Source of the DNA: an uncultured bacterium
Lineage (GTDB): Bacteria > Verrucomicrobiota > Verrucomicrobiia > Verrucomicrobiales > DEV007
Length of the DNA: 64,000 bases
Direction of reading: 5' to 3'
NCBI GenBank assembly: GCA_963977015.1
Contig: CAXBMO010000010.1
Location: forward strand, 147,555 to 211,554
The position numbers and the translations under genes were made by a program. The notes under the pieces were generated by a model, which worked only from the letters and a program-made list of their open reading frames with translations, searched no databases and was not told the origin of the DNA. This document shows, in pieces, positions 1-9,189 of the stretch. Each line of letters starts with the position of its first letter. Positions within the stretch are counted from its first letter, which is position 1.

Positions 1-122
1 AATGCTTAAGGGAGCGCAAGGACGACTACGCGGCCGGACATTACGCTGAGCGGTGTCGGGAATTCGAAGCCGAGCCGCCGCCAGCCCAATGGAGTGGCAA
101 CTATGTCATGACGTCCAAGTGA
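1..122 (+). CDS. 3' end of a probable class III adenylate/guanylate cyclase (partial; begins before the window)
   Basis: Frame 3..122 reads ...AAGHYAERCREFEAEPPPAQWSGNYVMTSK*, matching the usual C-terminal tail (Y..RC......PP..W.G...M..K) of CHASE2-type adenylate/guanylate cyclases. The catalytic domain is outside the window. Confidence 0.6.
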   Translation, partial: CLRERKDDYAAGHYAERCREFEAEPPPAQWSGNYVMTSK

Positions 123-338
123 TGCGAGGTGATTTTGAGAACTCCTCAATTGGCATTTTTCGAATGAGAACGTGCTTTTCCAAAATTAAAGCTATAGGAT
201 TGGTTAGGGTTGGGCGAATCCTTGTTTTTCGGCGATAAGAACGGGTTCAATTTGTTGAAATTCCAAAAAATGGAGTTCATTGTTGATAGTTGACCATGGG
301 AGCGCTTGCGAGCGCGGTCTAATTCAACTTATACGGCC

Positions 339-3300
339 ATGAAATCGCTCATTTTTTTCCTGGCGCTAGCCTTCGTGATCATCCACGCCGTTGGCCTGCG
401 GCAGTTCGCACAACTCGACACGGAAACCGCCATTGAGCTTCGCTCCGCGGCTCAATTGAACGACGATCTCGCGGAGATTGAGGTCGATGCCGAATTCCGG
501 GATGCCACTCTTCGAGGACGTGTCGATTCCCTCGAGGCGAAACAGCGTGCCGAGAAATTGGTCCGAGAAATCATCCCGACTGGCCGGACTCGGTTGAAGA
601 ACGAGATTCAAGTCGTCCAGGATAGGGCAAGTTCCTTGATCGCCTCAGTGGCTGATGGCGTGGTTGATGTTTATGGGGTCGTGCCTTCACCGGTGCTGCG
701 CAATCAGTTGGTCGCAGCGGCTCAATCGGTAGGCAAGGGGAAGAAAGTCAACGATAGCGCCCTACAGGTCGATAGTAAGGCGGAGTCCGAACCTTGGTTG
801 GTGGAGATGCCGGAGTTCGTGAAAACGTTTTTGGAAAAATCGACCGATGGGCGGATCGAGGCGACCAAGTTGGGCTTGAAACTGCAAGGGCAGTTCGAGA
901 CGCAGAAAGACAAGGACTTCGCCATGCGCAAGGCGCATCAAATGCTGCCATCTGCGAGGATTTTTGACGAAACCAAAGTGGCTGGGCCACAACCCGCTTC
1001 CCTGATCGTGAGTCGAACGGGAGGAAAATATAAAATTGGCGGGACCCTTCCTTCCACCAGCGCCGGCAATAGCCTGACTTCGAACTTGGTTGAGTGGGAC
1101 CATTCCGCCAGAGTGCTGCTCGACCCAGCGGTGATGGATGCGGCCTGGGTTGACGGAGCTTGGGAAGCAATCAATGGATTTTTCGGCGAGGTTCAGGGAA
1201 ATGCGTCGGTCGAGATTGATTCTGAAAAACTGGTCGTGAACGGAGAAGTGCTTTCCGCTGGACGTCAGATTCAGGCCCTGAAGTGGTTTAGCGGGGGCCC
1301 GTGGAAGAAACTGGATATCCTGGCGGAAGGATTGGTCGTCAGACAGCCCAAGCCGTTCAAGCTGGAGATTGCCTCTAAAGATGGCGCAATGAACGTGAGC
1401 GGAACCGGGTCGCAGGCTCAAAGTGCGCAGATCATGGAGATTCTCACCAAAACGGAAGCAACCGTGTCGGGTAAAGTGAATCCGGTCTCAGGCATTCAGC
1501 AACCTGGTTGGTGGAAGTCCTTTCCCGAACTTGTGCAACGGTTCCATTCGGTGGCCGATGACGCCCAACTGAGCATCCTGAACGATCGAATCACGATTCA
1601 AGGGCGGATGAAGGCCGGGGAGAGCGAAAACGACTTCAAGAAGCAATTGGCGGCGATTGGTGGATTGCCTTCTCCAAACATTAGCGGTTTGGAGTGGCCG
1701 GCTTTGAAAGCGCCGTCGCTGGCCTTGGTCCGGAACCAAGACGGAAGTGCGGTTTTGCGCGGAGCGGTCGCGACAAAGGCTGAGGCTGATCTCATCGCGA
1801 ATGCCATCTCCTCAACGACTCCAGATTTGAAGCCAAAATTGGAGGTTTCAACCACTGCGGGTTTGGGGAGTCCTGCCTGGATCAAGCAGTTTCCTGCATG
1901 GTGGAAAACGGTGAGCGAACTCATCCCGGATGCCAGCTTCGATGTTCGGGACGGCAAGGTGGAACTCAAGGGACGTGGAGCGAAGCCTGAATCGTTGATT
2001 CAAGTCGCCGGCTTAATGAAAAAGACGTTTGGTGACCAGGTTGCCTACACCTATGTGCCGATGGACATGCCGACTGCGAAAGAAGCACCAAGTCTGGTTT
2101 TGAAGCGGGGAGCAACGGGGATTGAATTGATTGGCAAGGTCGCTTCTGAAAAGCAACGCAGTGCGATCATTGCCGCTGTCAGGGCCTCGGAACGCGGTGT
2201 CGTCATTCGCGGCGCTCAACTCAAGGTCGACGAATCGGTTGATGACGTGGGCTGGGCGGCCAGCTTTCCAACCTGGTGGCAGGAGCTACGACGCAAGGTC
2301 AAAGACCCTGCTTTTGAAATGGATGGGAAGAGCTTCAAACTAACCGGGGAGGTCGTTTCTCCAGCTGCCAATCAGGAATTGGCCGGATGGGCGAATGACG
2401 CCTTTGGCAAAAATGTGCTGGACCGCTCGAAGGTTTCGATTCCCAAATCCCGTCAGCCAACGCTATCCATTCGTGATGACGGCAAGGTTATTGTGGTCGA
2501 AGGCGAAGTTCAGAGTCCGCAGCAGGGAAAAATGATTGTGGACGTGATCCAGGCCAACAATCGTGATGCTCAAGTTCGTTCGACCTTAACAGCGGATCCG
2601 TTCGTCACCACTCCAAGTTGGATCACCGGTTTCAAGGGATGGTGGCCAAATCTGGTGCGCAACGTCAAGGCTCCGTCTCTTTCGTATCGCAACGGCCAAC
2701 TGAGCGTTGAAGGAAAAGCTTCCGCATCAGGGCTGGATACGCAGGCCGAGAAACTGCTCGTCACGGCCTTCGGAAAAGACGTCAAGGAGAAGAGCTTCAA
2801 GATTGTGGCCCCGATGGAAAAAACGCCATGGCTGAAAATTGAAGCGGATTCCAAGGCGGTCGTCGTTTCCGGGCTCGTCCCGAGTGAGGCGGACAAGAAG
2901 GCGGTATTGGACGCATTGCAGAAGCTGCCCGGATTCAAAAGTGATGCCCGGGTTACCGTCGATGCCGGTGTCAAGGATGCACCTTGGTCGAAAGGGGTTG
3001 CAGAATATGCCAACAAACTGGTTTCGCTTCATAAGGAAGGGCGAATCGAATTGGAGAATGATACTGCGGTCGTTGAGGCTGTGGTTCCCAACAACGACGA
3101 GAAAAGCCGCCTGGAGCAGGAATTCAAAGTGGCTCTCAACGGAGCCTTCAAGATGGATTCCAAGATCACGCTGGCGGTGGCGCAACCAGCCCAACTGTCG
3201 TTGGCGAAGACCGGCAACGATTGGATTCTCCGTGGGAAAGTTCCCACGGCTGAGGATAAAAAGCGCGTGGTTGACGCCGTCAAGAATACGGATCCGAGTG

Positions 3301-4655
3301 TGAAGGAGCAAATCACGGTGGCTGAGGGAGTTACGCGGCCCAAATGGCTTTCCGAATTTCCAAACTGGTGGTCGAAGTATCGCAAAGAGGTTCCAGAAGG
3401 TGGATTCGTGGCCGAGGGGAACAATGAACCATCGTTCAGTGGTCGATTGGCGAACCGTGGCAGCGATGGGAATGCCGCCAATTTGCTTGCCGACGTTTTT
3501 GGAGGCAAGAAGATGAAATTCGATTGGCAGATGCCAACGTTGAAGCGGCCGCGGCTGAGTATGAAGCGGGACGCCAACGGAGTCATTCTCGACGGGATGG
3601 TCCCCACCGTGAAATACAAGGCAGATATTGAGGCTGCCGTGAAAAAGACGGAAGCGAAAGTGACCAACCGAATCGCGGTCGATCCGGATGTCGACGCTCC
3701 AGGTTGGCTCGAAAAATTTGGCGAATGGTGGCCGAAACTGCGCAAGGACATCCCGGACGCCACCTTTACGCTTGATGGAGACGATAATTCCAAGATTGAG
3801 GGAGTTGCGGATGAGGCAACAAGTGGCCGGGTTGGCTCATTTCTCTCCGGCGTGTTTGGCTCGGGGATCAAGTTGCCGAAGCTCGAGACCCGCATGCCTG
3901 CGCCGACCAAATCTCCATGGCTGCAATTCAAAGGCGACAAGTCGACGATTGTCGTCTCTGGAGAAATTGCCGACGAGCAGGCAAAGCGCGATCTTCTCGC
4001 GGATTTGGGCAAATTTAAGGGCAAGGTGGATTCCTCGGGTCTCCGGATTACTTCCTCCGTGAAGTCTGAATCGTGGACTGGTGCTGCCGGTGACTATGTG
4101 GTCGAATTGGTTGCCGCCGCAGGCCCTTCAACGTTGAATCTGCGGGATGGAAAAGCGGAGGTAAATGCGACCCTTCCTTCCCAGTCTTCGCGGGATCAAA
4201 TGGCACGTTCGCTGGGGCAGGTCGTTGGAAACGGCTTCCGAATCACCGACGGCCTGAAGGTGGGCTCAACGTCACCAGGCAAGAATTCGGGATTGATTCT
4301 GCAGGATCTCCTCAAGGGCCAACGAATCTATTTCCCGAAAAACTCATCGTATTACAACTCAACGGAGCGAGCCAAAATCCAGCGTTTTGCGAATGAGATC
4401 AACCAACTCAAAGAGGACAACATCACCGTCTATTTGATTGGCCATGCAGATGCACGAGGCCGGTCTGATTACAACCAATGGTTGAGTGACAAACGGGCAA
4501 ATCGCGTCAGTCGTGCTCTTTCGAGTTATGGGGTAAAGGCCAGTTTTGTTCAGGTGGAAGCCAAGGGGGAGCGGGATGCTGCGCCACTGCGAGCCGGGGA
4601 GTCTGCTTGGAGCAAAGATCGGCGGGTCGACATCCGTGTAGGTAAAACCAAGTAA
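339..4655 (+). CDS. Large OmpA-family envelope protein: N-terminal TM/signal, BON domain, ~10 tandem ArfA(Rv0899)-B-like double-BON repeats, C-terminal OmpA peptidoglycan-binding domain
   Basis: ATG 339 (MKSLIFFLALAFVII). BON-like ATLRGRVDSLEAKQRAEKLV. ~120-aa repeats P-x-L-(x)n-G-x-V-P...VD...W. C-terminal IYFPKNS..IGHADARG...YNQWLSDKRA..V...KDRRVDIRV. Confidence 0.85.
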   Translation: MKSLIFFLALAFVIIHAVGLRQFAQLDTETAIELRSAAQLNDDLAEIEVDAEFRDATLRGRVDSLEAKQRAEKLVREIIPTGRTRLKNEIQVVQDRASSLIASVADGVVDVYGVVPSPVLRNQLVAAAQSVGKGKKVNDSALQVDSKAESEPWLVEMPEFVKTFLEKSTDGRIEATKLGLKLQGQFETQKDKDFAMRKAHQMLPSARIFDETKVAGPQPASLIVSRTGGKYKIGGTLPSTSAGNSLTSNLVEWDHSARVLLDPAVMDAAWVDGAWEAINGFFGEVQGNASVEIDSEKLVVNGEVLSAGRQIQALKWFSGGPWKKLDILAEGLVVRQPKPFKLEIASKDGAMNVSGTGSQAQSAQIMEILTKTEATVSGKVNPVSGIQQPGWWKSFPELVQRFHSVADDAQLSILNDRITIQGRMKAGESENDFKKQLAAIGGLPSPNISGLEWPALKAPSLALVRNQDGSAVLRGAVATKAEADLIANAISSTTPDLKPKLEVSTTAGLGSPAWIKQFPAWWKTVSELIPDASFDVRDGKVELKGRGAKPESLIQVAGLMKKTFGDQVAYTYVPMDMPTAKEAPSLVLKRGATGIELIGKVASEKQRSAIIAAVRASERGVVIRGAQLKVDESVDDVGWAASFPTWWQELRRKVKDPAFEMDGKSFKLTGEVVSPAANQELAGWANDAFGKNVLDRSKVSIPKSRQPTLSIRDDGKVIVVEGEVQSPQQGKMIVDVIQANNRDAQVRSTLTADPFVTTPSWITGFKGWWPNLVRNVKAPSLSYRNGQLSVEGKASASGLDTQAEKLLVTAFGKDVKEKSFKIVAPMEKTPWLKIEADSKAVVVSGLVPSEADKKAVLDALQKLPGFKSDARVTVDAGVKDAPWSKGVAEYANKLVSLHKEGRIELENDTAVVEAVVPNNDEKSRLEQEFKVALNGAFKMDSKITLAVAQPAQLSLAKTGNDWILRGKVPTAEDKKRVVDAVKNTDPSVKEQITVAEGVTRPKWLSEFPNWWSKYRKEVPEGGFVAEGNNEPSFSGRLANRGSDGNAANLLADVFGGKKMKFDWQMPTLKRPRLSMKRDANGVILDGMVPTVKYKADIEAAVKKTEAKVTNRIAVDPDVDAPGWLEKFGEWWPKLRKDIPDATFTLDGDDNSKIEGVADEATSGRVGSFLSGVFGSGIKLPKLETRMPAPTKSPWLQFKGDKSTIVVSGEIADEQAKRDLLADLGKFKGKVDSSGLRITSSVKSESWTGAAGDYVVELVAAAGPSTLNLRDGKAEVNATLPSQSSRDQMARSLGQVVGNGFRITDGLKVGSTSPGKNSGLILQDLLKGQRIYFPKNSSYYNSTERAKIQRFANEINQLKEDNITVYLIGHADARGRSDYNQWLSDKRANRVSRALSSYGVKASFVQVEAKGERDAAPLRAGESAWSKDRRVDIRVGKTK

Positions 4656-4667
4656 ATCACGAATCCG

Positions 4668-4886
4668 ATGCACGAATTTTCACCACAAACCTACGATACG
4701 ATCATCAATTTGCTGAGTTCGGCGCTAGCTGGGCTTGCCGTGTTTCTTCTTGGATTATTCATGGGGTGGCTGTTCTGGCGTGATCACGGTCGCCGGTCAC
4801 TGCGCCGGGTCGAATATGGGGAGATGATGAATGATCAGGACGTTTTGTCGGAGTTTGACTCTGATGTTGATCCTGAAGACGATTAG
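4668..4886 (+). CDS. Small single-TM membrane protein (72 aa), ArfB-like position
   Basis: Hydrophobic LAGLAVFLLGLFMGWLFW followed by an acidic tail; starts 12 nt after the OmpA gene. Confidence 0.7.
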   Translation: MHEFSPQTYDTIINLLSSALAGLAVFLLGLFMGWLFWRDHGRRSLRRVEYGEMMNDQDVLSEFDSDVDPEDD

Positions 4887-4918
4887 AACCTCCCGCCAAG
4901 TCCAGAATTTCCAGACGT

Positions 4919-6439
4919 ATGTTACGCGACCTTCTTTTTAACTTTTTCCACTGTGCCACGCCGGGATGCGTGATCTGGAATATCATTTACCTATTCGGCG
5001 TTTATCTTTTGGGATTGTGGATGGCTCACCAGATTTGGGTAAGGCCGTGGCGGCGTCATTGGACGGATGGCCGGGAGGGGGCTTACCAGCGCGTTTCGGC
5101 GTCGACGGTGACCCAGGAGCCGAAAACGTTGTTTGATGAAGAGGACGCAGGCAGGGAAGAAGAGCCTGTTGGTCCGGTTCTGGGGCAAAGCGAAGAGGAG
5201 GATACAGACGAAGAAGAGGACGAAACGTCTTACCGAAATGCGGCGCTTGGTGCTGCTGGTTTGGTTGGAGTCGGCGCGGCGTTGGCGCAGGCAAGCAAGG
5301 AAGAGGATGAAGATCGAGAGATCGATGAGATTCCTGATTCTGATGATGAAGAGCTGGCAAGACAGCAGATCGATCTGCTCCGAAGGAAATACGGCGACGA
5401 AGAGCTCAGAAACGATCCGCTACTCGGCGTCATCTACGATGATCCCCCCGTCAAATCGGATGACCTAACGCGGATCGACGGAATCGGAATGGGGCTTGAG
5501 GGCGATCTGAATGATTTGGGGGTTCATCGACTGGAGCAAATCGCGAACTGGAGCCCCAAAAACACCAAGGAATTTTCCAAGCGGCTTCACTTGGGCGAGC
5601 AAATCAATGATGATGACTGGGTTTCGCAGGCGCGCCATTTGGTCGGGCTGAATGGAGGCTCGGAGGTTAAGGATGTGGTCGATGAGGAGGAGACTGAAGA
5701 GGATGAGAACGTTGAAACCAGTGAGCAGGCTCTCGAAGATCGCGTTGCGGAGGAAGTCGATCGTTCAGAGGTCGGGCCGACGAATGATTTTTCGGCATTG
5801 ATTGCTGCGAAGTTTGCCAATGAGCATGTGGAAGCCGATCCGGACCTGGGGGTGGTTTATCTGACGACTCCGGAAGTGGATGATGACCTCACCGAAATCG
5901 AGACCATCACGGGCGATGTGGAAAGATCGTTGAATCACCTTGGTGTTCACCGGTTTGCGCAAATTGCGCATTGGACGGATCGTCAGGTGAAAGAGTTCTC
6001 AGACAGACTGGGCGTTGCTCAGCATCGGATCGAGGACGAGGACTGGGTTTCGCAGGCAGATCGCCTTTACCATGAAACCTATCGGGCCAGCAAGGTTTGG
6101 AGCGATGCGAACCCGAGCCTTGAGGAATATGAAGCGCTGATTGATGAGGATTATCAGGGCGAACAGGTTCGCGCTGACGGATTGTTGGGGGTTCTTTATA
6201 CTTCACGCCCCGACGACTCTGACGAACTGACGGAGATCGACGGGGTCAGCGATCTCATGTCGCAATGGCTTCAGGACAGCGGCGTCTTCAAGTTCAAGCA
6301 AATTGCGGATTGGTCAGAAATGAATGTGACCAATTTCGCCGATCGCCTCGATCTGCCAAAAGATCGGATCTTCAGCGAGCGATGGATTCCGCAGGCGCAA
6401 GAGCTTGCAGCCAAGGCTCAGTTCAAAGAGATTGCGTAA
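4919..6439 (+). CDS. Membrane-anchored acidic protein with three COG3743-like (H3TH/HhH) repeats
   Basis: N-terminal TM; three units LGVxY..P...D(D/E)LT.I.G(I/V)....L..LGV..(F/L).QIA.W......F..RL......I....W(V/I).QA. Confidence 0.8.
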   Translation: MLRDLLFNFFHCATPGCVIWNIIYLFGVYLLGLWMAHQIWVRPWRRHWTDGREGAYQRVSASTVTQEPKTLFDEEDAGREEEPVGPVLGQSEEEDTDEEEDETSYRNAALGAAGLVGVGAALAQASKEEDEDREIDEIPDSDDEELARQQIDLLRRKYGDEELRNDPLLGVIYDDPPVKSDDLTRIDGIGMGLEGDLNDLGVHRLEQIANWSPKNTKEFSKRLHLGEQINDDDWVSQARHLVGLNGGSEVKDVVDEEETEEDENVETSEQALEDRVAEEVDRSEVGPTNDFSALIAAKFANEHVEADPDLGVVYLTTPEVDDDLTEIETITGDVERSLNHLGVHRFAQIAHWTDRQVKEFSDRLGVAQHRIEDEDWVSQADRLYHETYRASKVWSDANPSLEEYEALIDEDYQGEQVRADGLLGVLYTSRPDDSDELTEIDGVSDLMSQWLQDSGVFKFKQIADWSEMNVTNFADRLDLPKDRIFSERWIPQAQELAAKAQFKEIA

Positions 6440-6451
6440 TAAAGCGCGTCC

Positions 6452-7654
6452 CTACGCGGTCATCTGTTTGTAAAGCTCGAGCACGCGTTCAGCGACACTC
6501 GACCAGCTGTAGTTCTCCACGGCTCGCTTACGCCCGGCCTGGCTCATTGCCATGCGGCGTTCGTGATTTCCCATCAACTCATTGATGGCATTCGCAAGGT
6601 CGAGGGAAAATTGAGCAGGATCAACGGGCTCGAAGGGGCTCGAAGTCTGTTGCTCGACGGGAACGAGAAGACCGGTTTCTCCGTGAACGATGACTTCCTT
6701 CATCCCTCCCACGGCCGATGCAACCACAGGAGTGTCGCATGCCATTGCCTCGAGGTTGATGATCCCAAACGGCTCATAAATGGAAGGACAGCAGAACAGC
6801 CATGCGTGGGTGTAGGCCGCAATTTTGGTCTCATTGTCGACCATGTTCTCGATCCAGATGATCTTTTCGTGCGTTTTGCTGGCTTCATCCACCGCAGCCT
6901 TCATTTCAGCGGCGATTTCGGGAGTGTCCGGCGCTCCGGCAAAGAGAACGACCTGAAAACCTGGATCGAGGTGCTTGATCGCGTTTACCAGATGAATGAT
7001 TCCCTTCTGCCGGGTAATACGCCCCACGAAGAGAATGTAGGGAATCTCAACATCGATCCCAAGTTCGGCCAACTTTGCCGGGTTCGGCTTTGGCTGATAC
7101 TCAATGGGATCAATCCCGTTGGGAATCACATGCAGCTTGTCCTCATCGACGTCGAAAAAGTTCAGAACATCCTGCTTGGTCTCATCGGACACCGCAATCA
7201 CCGCGTCTGCCATTTCAATGGCCGTTTTTTCGACCCAAAGGGAAAAATCGTAGCCGCCTCCCAGTTGTTCTCGTTTCCAAGGGCGCAGTGGCTCCAGGGA
7301 ATGGACCGTCAGCGCCATGGGGATTCCGTAGTTCAGTTTCGCGAGAATCCCGCCAAAATGGGAATACCAGGTGTGCAAATGGACGACATCAGCATCGATA
7401 TTCCGCGTATTGAAATTCAAGCAGCGCTGGAGCGCGCCAAAAACTGAATGAAGGGATTTGGGGGCGGTGTAGTCCGTCGTATCCACCGATTCTCCCAAGA
7501 CTTCCATGTTCTCCCCGGAAAACTCCTGGGTTCCAAAGCAGCGAACATCCACTTCGCAAAGCTTGGCTAGTTCGCGAGTCAGGTAATCGACGTGAACCCC
7601 GGCGCCGCCATAAATCGCAGGCGGGAACTCGTTGGTAAGGATCAAGCTCTTCAT
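6452..7654 (-). CDS. glgA: GT4 glycosyltransferase, actinobacterial-type glycogen synthase / alpha-maltose-1-phosphate synthase (GlgM-like)
   Basis: MKSLILTNEFPPAIYGGAGVHVDYL, HSLEPLRPWKREQLGGGY, CPSIYEPFGIINLEAMAC; ATG at 7654. Confidence 0.85.
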   Translation of the reverse strand: MKSLILTNEFPPAIYGGAGVHVDYLTRELAKLCEVDVRCFGTQEFSGENMEVLGESVDTTDYTAPKSLHSVFGALQRCLNFNTRNIDADVVHLHTWYSHFGGILAKLNYGIPMALTVHSLEPLRPWKREQLGGGYDFSLWVEKTAIEMADAVIAVSDETKQDVLNFFDVDEDKLHVIPNGIDPIEYQPKPNPAKLAELGIDVEIPYILFVGRITRQKGIIHLVNAIKHLDPGFQVVLFAGAPDTPEIAAEMKAAVDEASKTHEKIIWIENMVDNETKIAAYTHAWLFCCPSIYEPFGIINLEAMACDTPVVASAVGGMKEVIVHGETGLLVPVEQQTSSPFEPVDPAQFSLDLANAINELMGNHERRMAMSQAGRKRAVENYSWSSVAERVLELYKQMTA

Positions 7655-7662
7655 AAGAGCCG

Positions 7663-9060
7663 CTAGAATTCGATGGTCTTGCGCCATTTGGCAACCGCTA
7701 CTTTCCCCCGTTTTCGCTGGGTCAAGGCTTCGCAAAGGGCGTGGGATTGCTCCGTTTCTCCGTGGACGAGCCAGGTTTGTTCGAGCGGACCGGTGATCGC
7801 GTCGTAGTAGGCGAGCAATTCGCTCCGATCAGCATGACCGCTAAAAGAATCCATCTCTTCAATGCGAGCTTTGACGCGGTGTTGCTCTCCAAAGATGGGA
7901 ACCGATTTCTCGCGATCCCGAATTCGCCGACCCAGCGTATTGGCCGCGCAATAACCCACGAACAGAATCGTGTTCTTTGTATTGCCGATGTTGTTTCGCA
8001 AATGATGCAGGATCCGTCCGCTTTCGCACATTCCGGAAGCCGAAATGATGACGCAGGGCTCATCTTTGTCGTTCAGAGACCTAGAGCCGCGAACCGATCG
8101 AATCAGTTGTAAGCCCTCGAATCCGAACGGATTGCGCTTCTCGAAAAGAAAATTGTAGATCTCTTTGTTAAAACATTCGGGGTGCAATCGGAAGATCTCA
8201 GTCGCGTTTACCGCCAGTGGGCTGTCCACATAAATCGGGATATCCGGAATTTTACCCTCTTCAACCAATTGGTGGAGGACGTAGATCAGTTGCTGAGTTC
8301 GTTCCACGGCAAATGCCGGAATGATGACTTTGCCCTTTGTCCGGACTGCTTCGTGGATGATTTTCGCAATTTCTTCGGCCGATTCAGTATCTTCCTCGTG
8401 TTCCCGATTCCCATAGGTGCTCTCCATCAGGAGGAAATCTACATTTTCTGGAATGTGCGGATCACGGAGAATTCGGTTGTCGCCACGACCGACGTCCCCT
8501 GAAAAGACGAATCGCTTTTTGCGACCGGTCGCGAACTCCTGAATATCCAAAACCACCTGCGCCGAACCAAGGATGTGGCCGGCATCGATAAAGGTCAGAA
8601 AAACTCCGTTCGCGATCGGGAGGCTGCGGTCGTAGCCGATGTTCACAAATTGCCGGATGCATTGCTCAGCCTCCAGTTGCGTGTAGAGAACCGAAATTGG
8701 CTCCTGCTTGGTCTTTTTGCGACGTTTGTTAAGCCACCCCACATCATGCGCCTGAATCTTGGCGGAGTCAGCCAGCATGATTTGGCAAAGATCCCTGGTC
8801 GCGAACGTGCTGTAAATGTTGCCCGTGTACCCGTTCTTGCAAAGATTCGGGAGATTGCCGCTGTGGTCAATGTGAGCGTGGGATAATACCACCGCGTCAA
8901 GCGAGGCCGGATCGAAAAAGAAGGACTTGTTTCGCTCATAGCTCTCATCCCGCCGTCCCTGATAAAGCCCGCAATCCAAAAGAATACGCTGGTTGTTAAT
9001 CTCGAGAAGATGTTGCGAACCTGTGGTGGTTTCAGCCGCGCCGCAGAAGGTGAGTTTCAT
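7663..9060 (-). CDS. MBL-fold metallo-hydrolase with beta-CASP domain (YSH1/RNase-like)
   Basis: LSHAHIDHSG, DAGHILGSA, FSGDVGR, MESTYG, SASGM, FSGHAD, LVHGE; ATG at 9060. Confidence 0.9.
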   Translation of the reverse strand: MKLTFCGAAETTTGSQHLLEINNQRILLDCGLYQGRRDESYERNKSFFFDPASLDAVVLSHAHIDHSGNLPNLCKNGYTGNIYSTFATRDLCQIMLADSAKIQAHDVGWLNKRRKKTKQEPISVLYTQLEAEQCIRQFVNIGYDRSLPIANGVFLTFIDAGHILGSAQVVLDIQEFATGRKKRFVFSGDVGRGDNRILRDPHIPENVDFLLMESTYGNREHEEDTESAEEIAKIIHEAVRTKGKVIIPAFAVERTQQLIYVLHQLVEEGKIPDIPIYVDSPLAVNATEIFRLHPECFNKEIYNFLFEKRNPFGFEGLQLIRSVRGSRSLNDKDEPCVIISASGMCESGRILHHLRNNIGNTKNTILFVGYCAANTLGRRIRDREKSVPIFGEQHRVKARIEEMDSFSGHADRSELLAYYDAITGPLEQTWLVHGETEQSHALCEALTQRKRGKVAVAKWRKTIEF

Positions 9061-9189
9061 GAAATTCAGGAGGGATTTGTGGAGTTTTGAGCCATGATCT
9101 TGGGAGTTTGCCACCTGCCGTGCAAGAAAACTTCGTCACACTGCAGTTTCGAGGTAGACGCTGCGCGCTGACTTGTTACGATGAATATT

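Noticed and set aside
123-338. Possible CRP/cAMP-responsive site between the cyclase and the OmpA-repeat operon
   Set aside because: Only weak partial palindromes (e.g. TTGAG-aactc-CTCAA); no TGTGA-N6-TCACA match.
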